Virus record (IMG/VR): IMGVR_UViG_3300009425_003086 | Location: 1-54,187 of that record | DNA: 54,187 nt | DNA from: a virus | Taxonomy: Duplodnaviria; Caudoviricetes | Direction: 5' to 3' (one strand) | Shown: positions 40,422-49,789 of the stretch, piece by piece | Layout of the letters: every line of letters begins with the position of its first letter | How positions within the stretch are numbered: the stretch's first letter is position 1 | Position numbers and translations under genes: made by a program | Notes under the pieces: model-generated | The model's input: only the letters and a program-made list of their open reading frames with translations | What the model was told of the DNA's origin: nothing | Database searches by the model: none

Positions 40422-40959
40422 ATTTTGGATAGCATTCTTTAGTCAGACAGGAGCAGAAATAGCAGACATAGCAGAAAGACTTGGCAGATGGCCTGATAGA
40501 ATTATTACTAATGAAAGACCTGATCACCTTAGAACTATAGACCCTAGAATAGAAGAGAAAGGTTATTTTACATTTAATAATAACCCTACAGAAGACGATT
40601 ATTTAGAAGTATTACAGTATATACCACAAGCTTTTATTACTCTGCATGGTTGGTTAAGAATAATACCTAAAGAAGTATGTATTACCCATGAGATATATAA
40701 TGGCCACCCAGGATTAATTACTAAATACCCAGAACTTAAAGGTAAAGATCCTCAAATGAGAGCATTTAAAGCTAAACATAAGGTAATGGGTTGTGTTATA
40801 CATAAAGTTACTGCTGGGGTAGATGAAGGAAAAGTACTAAAAGAAATATATTTTAATGCTTGGAGAATTACAGAAGAAGATATGTGGAAAACTTTAAAAG
40901 ATAGATCTTTATATCTCTGGGATGAATTTTTAACTAAATTACTAGGTATTCACAAATAA
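40411..40959 (+). CDS. PurN-like formyltransferase (candidate dPreQ1 formyltransferase, DpdN-like)
   Basis: FSQTG, HGWLRII, NGHPGL, GCVIHKVTAGVDEG. Confidence 0.8.
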   Translation: METKFWIAFFSQTGAEIADIAERLGRWPDRIITNERPDHLRTIDPRIEEKGYFTFNNNPTEDDYLEVLQYIPQAFITLHGWLRIIPKEVCITHEIYNGHPGLITKYPELKGKDPQMRAFKAKHKVMGCVIHKVTAGVDEGKVLKEIYFNAWRITEEDMWKTLKDRSLYLWDEFLTKLLGIHK

Positions 40960-40973
40960 TTTTCGTATATTAA
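40943..40973 (+). promoter_or_regulatory. -33/-7 promoter variant
   Basis: TAG-N20-TATATTAA. Confidence 0.55.
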
Positions 40974-40988
40974 AATAAAAGTTATATA

Positions 40989-41507
40989 GTGATAAAAAGA
41001 ATAGCATTAGTTGGAGCAAGCAGTACTGGTAAAACTACTGTTTATGAATTACTAAAAGGTAGGTTACCTAAATACGAATTCGTAAATGAATCTACTAGAA
41101 CTATAGGTAATTATGGATTTCCTATTAATGAAAAAGGAACAGATGCTACTCAATTAGCTATCAGTTGTTTTCATTTAGAAGCTTTACTTCAATCTCATAA
41201 TCAAGTATTAGATAGATGTTTTATGGATGTTGTAGTTTATTCTGCTTATATGGCAGATATAGAAGATATAACTTATCGATATATAGAAGATACTTGGAAT
41301 AGAATAAAAAACGAATATACCCATTACATATACTCTCCTATTGAATTTGATTCAGTAGATGATGGCACTAGGAGTGTAGATGAAAAGTGGAGAAAGAAAA
41401 TAGATACTAAATTTGTGGAGGTATTAAAAGGCATACGTCAGCCCTATTTGACGGTAACGGGCTCTCCTATGCAAAGGGTAGAGCAAATACTAAAATTTAT
41501 AAATTAA
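40989..41507 (+). CDS. P-loop nucleotide kinase-like ATPase (AAA_28/NadR-like)
   Basis: GASSTGKTT, VLDRCFMD, DDGTR; GTG start. Confidence 0.8.
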   Translation: MIKRIALVGASSTGKTTVYELLKGRLPKYEFVNESTRTIGNYGFPINEKGTDATQLAISCFHLEALLQSHNQVLDRCFMDVVVYSAYMADIEDITYRYIEDTWNRIKNEYTHYIYSPIEFDSVDDGTRSVDEKWRKKIDTKFVEVLKGIRQPYLTVTGSPMQRVEQILKFIN

Positions 41508-41512
41508 ATAAT

Positions 41513-42088
41513 ATGAAAAACCTAACATTAATATTAATACTACTATTTTCATCTACTAGTGGGATAAGTCAAATAGTTGAAACAGATATATTTAGGGTAG
41601 AGTATAGTCAATTCAAAGAACAGCCATTATGGGTTGAATATGTAGTACAATGTCCTAACGGAAAAGCATCAAGAGTAGGAATGGATTTTTGGGAACCAGA
41701 AGGTATTAGAACTTCTGATGATGATGATTATAAAGGCAATATATACGATAAAGGTCATCTAGCACCAGCAGCAGCCTTTAGTTGTAATAAAGAGATGTTA
41801 CTTAAAACATTCTCATACCTAAACTCAGCTTTACAGCATGAGGGATTAAATAGAGGTCAATGGAGTAGATTAGAAACTTTTGAAAGAGATGCTTCAAACT
41901 TTTTTGGTGAAGAAGTTAAGGTAAGAGTAGACGTTCTATTTGAAGGTGAGTTAGAAGTATTACCAACTGGTGCAACAGTCCCATCAGGATTCAGAAAAAC
42001 TATTACTATTGGGAATACAGAGAGAGTGTTTGAATTTCCTAATATAGATACTAAAGGAACAAAGTGGGTAGATTATATAATAAAATAA
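41513..42088 (+). CDS. DNA/RNA non-specific endonuclease with signal peptide
   Basis: YDKGHLAPA, N...QH..LNRGQW..LE (His-Me finger); hydrophobic N-terminus ending GISQ. Confidence 0.88.
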   Translation: MKNLTLILILLFSSTSGISQIVETDIFRVEYSQFKEQPLWVEYVVQCPNGKASRVGMDFWEPEGIRTSDDDDYKGNIYDKGHLAPAAAFSCNKEMLLKTFSYLNSALQHEGLNRGQWSRLETFERDASNFFGEEVKVRVDVLFEGELEVLPTGATVPSGFRKTITIGNTERVFEFPNIDTKGTKWVDYIIK

Positions 42089-42092
42089 TAAA

Positions 42093-43001
42093 ATGAGCAA
42101 AGTAAAAAATTATCAAGAAGTAATAGATATTGCATCAAAACATTTAGGAAAGGTAGGAGGATCTGGATATAAGGATACCTACTCTCCTGAACTACTAGTG
42201 AAAATACCTAGAAATTTAAATAGACAAGGTTATGGATTAACTGGATCTGAATTTGTAGGGGTAGATACTTGGAATGCTTACGAAGTATCGGCAATCACAA
42301 CTAAAGGACAACCTGTGGCAGGTATGTTGAAGATTGTATGTAATGCCTCATCTGAATTTCACGTAGAATCTAAGTCTATAAAACTATACCTAAACTCATT
42401 TAATATGACTCGTATCGGCGATACAGCAGCAGACTGTATTACAGGTATTGAAGCAAGAGTAAAGAGAGATTTAGATGAACTACTAGACACTACAACTACA
42501 GTAACATTTTATGGTTCTGATTTAGAAACAGAACCAATGTCATTTGATAGTTATGAAGATATTGCTGAATTGACAGATTTAGATACTATAGATTTTACAG
42601 CATTCGAATCAGATTCAAATCAATTAGACGTAGAAGAACATAATCAAACATCAGAGATCAAATGGACTTCTAACTTATTAAGGTCTAACTGTAGAGTTAC
42701 AAACCAACCCGACTGGGGAGATATTTACATTAGAATAAAAGGCAAAAACCTACCAACACCAGCATCTATTGCTAAATATATTGTTAGCCACAGAACTGTA
42801 AGTCATTTTCACGAAGAGATATGTGAAATGGTGTATAAACACCTTTCTGATGCATTTGAACCTGAGAATTTAATGGTAGCATGTCTTTATACCCGAAGAG
42901 GAGGTTTAGATATTAATCCAATTAGAGCAACCCATACCTACCTAATACCCGAATTCTTTACTAACCCGGAATTTATAATTCAAAAAACACTGAGACAGTA
43001 A
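42093..43001 (+). CDS. queF: NADPH-dependent preQ0 reductase, bimodular type
   Basis: DTWNAYEVS, VESKSIKLYLNSF, SNCRVTNQPDWG, HFHEEICE, YTRRGGLDINP. Confidence 0.95.
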   Translation: MSKVKNYQEVIDIASKHLGKVGGSGYKDTYSPELLVKIPRNLNRQGYGLTGSEFVGVDTWNAYEVSAITTKGQPVAGMLKIVCNASSEFHVESKSIKLYLNSFNMTRIGDTAADCITGIEARVKRDLDELLDTTTTVTFYGSDLETEPMSFDSYEDIAELTDLDTIDFTAFESDSNQLDVEEHNQTSEIKWTSNLLRSNCRVTNQPDWGDIYIRIKGKNLPTPASIAKYIVSHRTVSHFHEEICEMVYKHLSDAFEPENLMVACLYTRRGGLDINPIRATHTYLIPEFFTNPEFIIQKTLRQ

Positions 43002-43258
43002 TGGATATAAAAATTAAAGAAGAGTATATTCTTATAGCAGAAAGGATCCCACCAGGAGATAATTGGGAGTTAGAAATAGATAAGGAAGAGATTATAGAAG
43101 GATTAGTTCCTACATTAACAGCTTATCTTCGAAAAACTAAATTTAAAGGAGATTACAAATTATCTCCTCTAAAAGGAAAGTTATATGCTATCAAAGAACA
43201 GGAAATTATCGTTAAAGAACCAGAAGTAGAAAAGTTTGATCTTTACGGAGAAATCTAA
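43001..43258 (+). CDS. Hypothetical protein
   Basis: 85 aa, TAATG overlap with queF. Confidence 0.65.
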   Translation: MDIKIKEEYILIAERIPPGDNWELEIDKEEIIEGLVPTLTAYLRKTKFKGDYKLSPLKGKLYAIKEQEIIVKEPEVEKFDLYGEI

Positions 43259-43266
43259 GAGTACAG

Positions 43267-43297
43267 TTGTTTTCCTGCAATATTTTTCGTATATTTA
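43267..43297 (+). promoter_or_regulatory. Bacteroidota-type -33/-7 promoter
   Basis: TTG-N20-TATATTTA; places the real start of the polymerase at 43324. Confidence 0.7.
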
Positions 43298-43323
43298 TAG
43301 TATATAAAATTGATAAAACGGTT

Positions 43324-45663
43324 ATGGAGTTAGAAAAAAAATATTACACAGTCCAAGATAAAGAGACTTTAAATCTATTATACAAACACATTACTGACTC
43401 AGATGTAATAGCAGTCGATACTGAGACGACTGGGCTAAATCCTCGAAAGAATAAAATCGTAGGATGGTCTGTTTCCGGAGATGAAGGTGTAGGGTTTTAC
43501 TTACCCACTCTAGTATATAATTTTGAAGCCGATGAACTTCAAGTACAGACGATAGATGGACAATCTACAGAAGTAATCTCCAAAAACCTACTTAAACTAC
43601 TTAAAGGAAAGAAACTAGTATTTCATAATGCTTCCTTTGATGTTCAGTTCATAAAAAATTACTTCGGAGTTGACCTTATAGAAGATATATGGGTTGATAC
43701 TGGTTTACTTGTTCATACTGTCTATGAAGAAGGAGCCTTTGGATTCGGAAATCCATTTGGCCTAAAATCAATCGCTATTATGAATCAGGAAGCTCTAGGC
43801 CTGAACGTAGAAGAAGCAGCCAACCAAGAGCAAATAGAACTAAAAGAATCAATAAAGAAAAATGGTGGAGAAACTACTAAACTTAAGTATGAAATATATA
43901 AAGCAGATCTTGACATACTTTCTAAGTACGCTGCTGCTGATACTGACCTTACCCTTCGTATTTGTAATTTATATTTGGGTAAACTTAGAGATGAAGGCTT
44001 GGAAAAATTCTTCTTTGAAGAAGAGGTAATGCCTGTGTATCGTGAAGTTACTGTACCTATGGAAGCTACTGGAGTAGACCTAGATATGGACCTACTTCAT
44101 GAAACTCATAAAAACATCACAGTAGATTTAGCGAAGAATAAAAAAATAGTAATGAAGAGCCTACTAGATACTTCAGAAGCTAAGAAATGGGTTGTAGATA
44201 CATCTATGTCTACTTACCCCCCCTCTCATAAAGGTAATTGGGCACAACAACTAGCTATAAGGTATTCTCTATCTTTACCTAAGAGTGAAAAGACTGGTAA
44301 GTTTTCTATTACATCAAAACATGTAGAAGCTTTAGATGACGGGCCTGTTAAAGAGTTCTTAAAGACTGGAGATATTGAATTATTAGATAGTTTAGAAGTA
44401 GCTCGTATTTCTATGTCGATGTGGAAAGAATCTAATGACGGAGACCATATTAATATTCAATCCAAAAAACATTTAGGAGAAATCTGTTTTAAGTATATGG
44501 GTATTAAAGCTAAGTCTCAAACAAGAAAAGGACAAGATCAATTCGATATGAGCATGTTGGAGGTATTATCAAAGACTTATGCTTGGGCAGAGAATCTACG
44601 TATCTATAATAAACTACTAAAGATTAAATCTACTTATGTAGATAGGTTTATAGATAGGTCTGAAGATGGCAGATACTACTTTTACTTTAAGCAGAACGGT
44701 ACTGTATCAGGTAGGTATGGATCAGATGCTCAACAATTACCTAAAACTAAAGAAGAAGGAGAAGATGCTCCAATTATCATTAGGTATAATAATATAGTAA
44801 GAGCATTTCTAATTGCTGGAAAAGGACGTAAAGTAATCGATTGTGATTACGAATCTTTAGAACCACATTGCTTTGCATCAGTATCAGGAGACAAAAAATT
44901 ACAAGAAATCTTCAACAACGGATGGGATTTTTATTCTTATGTTGCTATTCAAACTGAAAAACTAAACGAACAAAGAAAAAGATTTCCTAACGGAGTATCA
45001 GCAGATAAGAAAGCAGATAACTACCTTAAGAAACTAGATGTAACAGCACGTAATAAAGCTAAAGCCTATTCATTAGGGGTAGCATACGGAATGGAAGCAT
45101 TTGCTCTTAAGATGACATTAGGAGTAGACCAAAAGACTGCTGAAGGACTTATAAAAGGTTACTTAGAAGGATTCCCAGGCTTAGCTGAATGGAGAGAAAA
45201 TTCTAGACTTCAAGTTAAAGCTCATGGTTATATTAAAAATTCTGTTGGTAGAGTAAGGCATTTACCTAAAGTGCAGAAGATCTACACTAAGTATCAAGAT
45301 CAATTCTTAGATTGGAGATTTAGAAAGAACTTAGAACCTCAATATGGTAGAGCTCAAGTATTACAGGTATATAGAGACTTTAGAAACGGACTTAATAACT
45401 GTTTAAACTTTCAACTTCAGTCATTAGCAGCATCAGTGGTAAATAGAGCTGCAGTCAAGATTAACTTAAAGGCTAAAGAACTAGGGATAGATGCAATTGT
45501 TCAAGCACAGGTTCATGATCAATTGATTATTAATATTGCAGAAGAAGATGCAGATAGATTTGCACCCTATGTACAAGAGCTTATGGAAACGACTACTGAA
45601 TTAGAAGGTGTAACCTTAAAAGCACCTCCAGAGATAGCGAATAACTGGCAAGAAGGCCATTAA
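43324..45663 (+). CDS. polA: Family A DNA polymerase with 3'-5' exonuclease domain
   Basis: Exo motifs DTETTG, HNASFD, YAAAD; GTVSGR; motif A DYESLEP; motif B RNKAKAYSLGVAYG; motif C QVHDQ. Confidence 0.93.
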   Translation: MELEKKYYTVQDKETLNLLYKHITDSDVIAVDTETTGLNPRKNKIVGWSVSGDEGVGFYLPTLVYNFEADELQVQTIDGQSTEVISKNLLKLLKGKKLVFHNASFDVQFIKNYFGVDLIEDIWVDTGLLVHTVYEEGAFGFGNPFGLKSIAIMNQEALGLNVEEAANQEQIELKESIKKNGGETTKLKYEIYKADLDILSKYAAADTDLTLRICNLYLGKLRDEGLEKFFFEEEVMPVYREVTVPMEATGVDLDMDLLHETHKNITVDLAKNKKIVMKSLLDTSEAKKWVVDTSMSTYPPSHKGNWAQQLAIRYSLSLPKSEKTGKFSITSKHVEALDDGPVKEFLKTGDIELLDSLEVARISMSMWKESNDGDHINIQSKKHLGEICFKYMGIKAKSQTRKGQDQFDMSMLEVLSKTYAWAENLRIYNKLLKIKSTYVDRFIDRSEDGRYYFYFKQNGTVSGRYGSDAQQLPKTKEEGEDAPIIIRYNNIVRAFLIAGKGRKVIDCDYESLEPHCFASVSGDKKLQEIFNNGWDFYSYVAIQTEKLNEQRKRFPNGVSADKKADNYLKKLDVTARNKAKAYSLGVAYGMEAFALKMTLGVDQKTAEGLIKGYLEGFPGLAEWRENSRLQVKAHGYIKNSVGRVRHLPKVQKIYTKYQDQFLDWRFRKNLEPQYGRAQVLQVYRDFRNGLNNCLNFQLQSLAASVVNRAAVKINLKAKELGIDAIVQAQVHDQLIINIAEEDADRFAPYVQELMETTTELEGVTLKAPPEIANNWQEGH

Positions 45664-45674
45664 TAGCTAAAAAG

Positions 45675-45998
45675 ATGGATATTAAACAACGAGGCGTGTA
45701 TGGAGTATTAAATGAGATGAAATTGTTAATGTATATTGGTTCTTCAACTCTTCCTTTACATATATTAGAGTATAATCATAGAAATTGGAAACAGAAGAAT
45801 TATAGTGGTACTAATTTTAGAAATAAACTAAGTCAGGTAGGAAAAGATTGGAAATTCTTTTGGATAATTAAACCATATGATTGTGATTTAAGAGAAATTG
45901 AAACAAGAGAAGGAGAATTAATACGTAAATATATTCCTCTTTTGAATATAGATAAAACACCAATAAAATCTTCTATTAAGTATGGAAGAATTAAATAA
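45675..45998 (+). CDS. Stand-alone GIY-YIG-like nuclease
   Basis: GVYG...MYIGSS, E..LI...PLLN. Confidence 0.6.
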   Translation: MDIKQRGVYGVLNEMKLLMYIGSSTLPLHILEYNHRNWKQKNYSGTNFRNKLSQVGKDWKFFWIIKPYDCDLREIETREGELIRKYIPLLNIDKTPIKSSIKYGRIK

Positions 45999-46007
45999 AA
46001 AAAAAGT

Positions 46008-46958
46008 ATGATTAGAACAGCAGAGTGTATTACACCAGATCACCCGGATAAAATATGTGATAGAATTTCAGATGCAATACTAGATGCATGCCTAGAACAA
46101 GACCCAGATGCAAGAGTAGCAGTAGAAACAATGGGAGGACATGGAATTATTTCTGTAACAGGAGAGTTAACAACAACAGCATATGTTGAAATCCCAACTA
46201 TTGTAAGACAGGTATACGGAGAGGAAATAGGAATACAGACTAACATAGTCAGACAGAGTCCTGAAATATCTCAAGGAGTAGATACTGGAGGAGCTGGAGA
46301 TCAAGGTATTATGATAGGATATGCCTGTAACGAAAACGAGGAATTGGTTCCTCAAGAATATTACTTAGCTAGAAATTTATGTAAGGCTATGTACGCGATG
46401 TATCCATACGATGGTAAAACCCAAGTTACGATGGATGGCAACTCACTTAGAGTTGTTTGTTCATTCCAAAATGCACCAACTGAAATGTTAGATGGATTTG
46501 TTAGAGGATTCTTCAGTAGATATCCTCAGTACCACATTGAAGCATTACATATTAATCCAGCTGGGGAGTGGTCAATAGGAGGCTTTGCAGCAGATACAGG
46601 AGTAACTGGTAGAAAATTAGCAGTAGATAATTACGGACCTCGTATACCATTAGGAGGAGGAGCATTTTCCGGAAAGGATAGTTCTAAAGTAGATAGATCA
46701 GGAGCATATGCAGCAAGAAGAGTAGCAGTAGACTATCTTAAGAAATATAATGCTAAAGAAGTATATGTAACATTAGCTTATGCAATTGGACATAATGAAC
46801 CTTTACAGGCAACAGCATTTGTAGATGGAAGAGAGATGTTTATAGAAGATTATGATCTATCTCCAAATGGAATAGTAAAATTATTAGATTTAAAAACACC
46901 TAAATTCGCAAAAACAGCACAATGGGGACACATGGGACAGAACTTTTCTTGGGGATAG
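46008..46958 (+). CDS. metK: S-adenosylmethionine synthetase (compact)
   Basis: HPDKICDRISD, GAGDQG, DGKTQV, DTGVTGRK, GGGAFSGKD..KVDRS. Confidence 0.95.
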   Translation: MIRTAECITPDHPDKICDRISDAILDACLEQDPDARVAVETMGGHGIISVTGELTTTAYVEIPTIVRQVYGEEIGIQTNIVRQSPEISQGVDTGGAGDQGIMIGYACNENEELVPQEYYLARNLCKAMYAMYPYDGKTQVTMDGNSLRVVCSFQNAPTEMLDGFVRGFFSRYPQYHIEALHINPAGEWSIGGFAADTGVTGRKLAVDNYGPRIPLGGGAFSGKDSSKVDRSGAYAARRVAVDYLKKYNAKEVYVTLAYAIGHNEPLQATAFVDGREMFIEDYDLSPNGIVKLLDLKTPKFAKTAQWGHMGQNFSWG

Positions 46959-46989
46959 TTGCCTAAGAAGTATTTTCTTCGTATATTTA
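46959..46989 (+). promoter_or_regulatory. Bacteroidota-type -33/-7 promoter
   Basis: TTG-N20-TATATTTA. Confidence 0.7.
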
Positions 46990-47071
46990 TAATATGAAGG
47001 ATCTACTCCAGAGAGATTATTCACAATTTTTTTTAACCGATGACCTTAGGGCATCATAAATTTTTAATGAT

Positions 47072-47509
47072 ATGAGTACATTATTTTTAGAACGTAATCC
47101 GTTCGATATTTTAGTCCGCAATTTTTTGCAAACAGCTAACCATTACCAACCGTTAGCAGAATCCAAATTACCTCACCCAGTAGATATTTACGAAAAAGAA
47201 AACGGCTTAGGCTTAGACATTGCCTGTACCGGAATTCCAAAAGAAGATATTGAAATAGAGATTGAAGGTAACATAATTAGAGTTAATTACGACAAAAACA
47301 GTTCCGATTGTCAATGTAACTCAGACTGTGAGTGTAAATCACCTGAGTACATACATAAAGGTATTGCTAAACGATCATTCAACTTAGGTTGGAAGATTGA
47401 TAGTAGATTTAATCTTTCAAAAGCAACAGCCGACTTCAAAAACGGCCTATTACAAGTTATAATCCCTTTTGCTAAAGGATCAGAGCCAAGAACTTTGAAA
47501 ATTAGCTAA
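47072..47509 (+). CDS. Small heat-shock protein (Hsp20)
   Basis: PVDIYE, YIHKGIAKRSF, ADFKNGLLQVIIP. Confidence 0.92.
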   Translation: MSTLFLERNPFDILVRNFLQTANHYQPLAESKLPHPVDIYEKENGLGLDIACTGIPKEDIEIEIEGNIIRVNYDKNSSDCQCNSDCECKSPEYIHKGIAKRSFNLGWKIDSRFNLSKATADFKNGLLQVIIPFAKGSEPRTLKIS

Positions 47510-47525
47510 ATAAATCCATTTGGAG

Positions 47526-47556
47526 TTGGATCCCTCATTTATTTTTACTATATTAA
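47526..47556 (+). promoter_or_regulatory. Bacteroidota-type -33/-7 promoter
   Basis: TTG-N20-TATATTAA. Confidence 0.65.
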
Positions 47557-47577
47557 TTAAATAAACGTTATGTAAAT

Positions 47578-47883
47578 ATGAAAAAATTAAATCCTTGTAA
47601 TGATAGAATTATAATAAAATCTATCGACGATGGAGAACAAATGTACGGTTCAATCGTAGTACCTGATATGGGAAAAGAAAAACCAGAAATGGGCACAGTA
47701 GTAGCTATAGGCCCAGGCCGAATATCCGATTACGGCAAATTAATTTCCGTTAGGTCTTGTAAAGTAGGAGATGTAGTACTAATTCCTAAAATAGGTTCTA
47801 TGCGAATTGACTTCGAAGGAGAAGAGTACCTAATAGCACAAGATAGAGAAATTTTAGCAGTAATTAAAAAATCAAAAGAGTAA
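47578..47883 (+). CDS. groES: Co-chaperonin GroES
   Basis: PCNDRIII, GSIVVPD..KEKP, GTVVAIGPG, KVGDVV, EILAV. Confidence 0.93.
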   Translation: MKKLNPCNDRIIIKSIDDGEQMYGSIVVPDMGKEKPEMGTVVAIGPGRISDYGKLISVRSCKVGDVVLIPKIGSMRIDFEGEEYLIAQDREILAVIKKSKE

Positions 47884-47884
47884 T

Positions 47885-49543
47885 ATGAGCAATAAAATTT
47901 TATTTTCCGATGAAGCTAGATTAAAACTAGTAACCGGAGTAGAAAAGTTATCAAAGGCAGTAACAGCCACTTTAGGGCCATCAGGCCGTAATGTAATTAT
48001 AGAGCAAAAGCAAGGCTTTCCTATATCATCTAAGGATGGAGTTACAGTAGCCAAAGGTATCGAATTAGAAGATATTGAAGAAAATATCGGAGCACAGTTA
48101 GTTAAACAGGCTTCGATTAAAACAGCAGACGCAGCAGGAGATGGTACAACAACATCTACCTTGTTAGCAGCATCAATTTACCAACAAGGATTAGAAGCAT
48201 CTAAAGACAATACAGTTAATTTAGTAGACCTTAAAAGAGGTATTGATAAAGCAACTGTTAAAGTAATTGATGCATTAGAGCTTCAATCTAAAGAAATTAC
48301 GGATGAAGGGCAGCTTAAACAAATAGCTACCATTTCAGCTAATAATGATTCCGAAGTAGGGGAACTGATTTCCACAGCCATGGATAAAGTAGGTCGTGAC
48401 GGTGTCGTTACGATTGAAGAGTCGAAAACAGGAGATACGTATTTAGAAACAGTTGAAGGAATGCAATTCAACAGAGGTTATAAGTCTCCATATTTTGTTA
48501 CTGATAATAGTTCTATGCAAGCTGTCCTTCAAAATCCGTTAATACTAATCACAGATAAGAAACTTACGCAAGTAAAAGAATTACTTCCTATATTAGAAGG
48601 ATGCTCTAATAAGAATAAATCATTACTGATTATTGCAGATGATATAGACGGTGAAGCACTTTCTACTCTAGTAGTAAATAAAATGAGAGGTATCTTAGGG
48701 TGTGTAGCAGTTAAATCTCCTGAATTTGGAGACAGAAAGAAAGCTATGCTAGAAGATATCGCTACATTAACAGGAGGTACAGTAATCTCAGGAGAGAAAG
48801 GAATGAGATTAGATAAATATAAACCTGAGTGGTTAGGTTCCGCTAAGAAAGTAACTGTTGGTAAAGATAACACAACTATTATTGACGCTAATGGAGACCA
48901 AGCATCAATCGAACAAAGAGTATCAGAGATACAGACTCAAGTAGATGAAACTAAATCACCATACGAGAAAGAAACTTTACAAGATAGATTAGCAAAATTC
49001 GTAGGAGGAGTAGCTATCGTATATGTAGGTGGAATGACTGAAGTTGAAATGAAAGAAAAAAAGGATCGTGTAGACGACGCTCTTCACGCAACAAAAGCAG
49101 CCTTAGAAGAAGGTTTCTTACCTGGAGGAGGAGTAGCATTACTAAGAGCGAGTAAAGAGCTATATGACGATCCGGAATTATGGAGTTATACAGATAATGA
49201 AAGCGAAGCACTAGGCTTTACTACATTACTTGAAGCTTGTGGTACACCATTTTGCACCATCTTAACTAATGCAGGAATTGCAAGAGATAAGGTTGTAGAG
49301 ATTTCCAAAATAGTTACCACCAGTAAAGATGAATGGCATGGATATAATACTAGAACAGGTCAGTATGTAAATATGTTTGACGAGGGAGTGATAGATCCTA
49401 CTAAAGTAACTAGATTAGCTTTAGAAAATGCAGCTAGTGTCGCTGGTACAATGTTAACCACTGAAGCACTAATAACTAATATTAAAGAAGAAAACAACGC
49501 ACCAAGTATGCCAGGAATAGATCCTAGTATGATGATGCAATAA
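47885..49543 (+). CDS. groEL: Chaperonin GroEL
   Basis: [46 protein letters not shown]. Confidence 0.97.
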   Translation: MSNKILFSDEARLKLVTGVEKLSKAVTATLGPSGRNVIIEQKQGFPISSKDGVTVAKGIELEDIEENIGAQLVKQASIKTADAAGDGTTTSTLLAASIYQQGLEASKDNTVNLVDLKRGIDKATVKVIDALELQSKEITDEGQLKQIATISANNDSEVGELISTAMDKVGRDGVVTIEESKTGDTYLETVEGMQFNRGYKSPYFVTDNSSMQAVLQNPLILITDKKLTQVKELLPILEGCSNKNKSLLIIADDIDGEALSTLVVNKMRGILGCVAVKSPEFGDRKKAMLEDIATLTGGTVISGEKGMRLDKYKPEWLGSAKKVTVGKDNTTIIDANGDQASIEQRVSEIQTQVDETKSPYEKETLQDRLAKFVGGVAIVYVGGMTEVEMKEKKDRVDDALHATKAALEEGFLPGGGVALLRASKELYDDPELWSYTDNESEALGFTTLLEACGTPFCTILTNAGIARDKVVEISKIVTTSKDEWHGYNTRTGQYVNMFDEGVIDPTKVTRLALENAASVAGTMLTTEALITNIKEENNAPSMPGIDPSMMMQ

Positions 49544-49562
49544 TTAAATTAAAATTAAGATT

Positions 49563-49727
49563 ATGAATAAACAAGAATTATTTGAACAAATCGTAAAACA
49601 CTTTGGAGAATTTGAAACTGAACACAACGGATCAACTAAAGTTTCTCAACGAAGAGCAAGAGCAGCAATTGGAGCAGTTAAAAAATTATGCACAGATTAC
49701 AGAAAAGCTTCAGTGAACGAAGATAAG
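49563..49727 (+). CDS. Small helical histone-H1/Hc1-like protein (54 aa)
   Basis: TKVSQRRARAAIGAVKKLCTDYRKASV resembles the Bacteroidota Hc1-like K.A..RARK....L....K.YRK.S pattern; not in ORF track. Confidence 0.65.
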
Positions 49728-49753
49728 AGTTAAAAACAAGTAGTTAATAAAGT

Positions 49754-49789
49754 AAAGGATCTTATCAATAAAAACGGTAAGATCTTTTT
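49754..49789 (+). terminator. Rho-independent terminator
   Basis: AAAGGATCTTATC-loop-GGTAAGATCTTTT(T). Confidence 0.65.

Noticed and set aside
30700-43001. Host tRNA queuosine operon
   Set aside because: No queA or queG/H; the TGT-like protein is short, lacks the Zn-binding C-terminus and is paired with a formyltransferase in phage context
43267-43323. TTG start and N-terminal extension of polA
   Set aside because: The region is the promoter itself; ATG 43324 fits better. Extended starts at 24127, 25361 and 37559 were trimmed because they overlap upstream genes
19984-45663. Inteins or group I introns in helicase, nrdA/nrdB or polA
   Set aside because: Proteins are of compact length with contiguous motifs and no splice signatures
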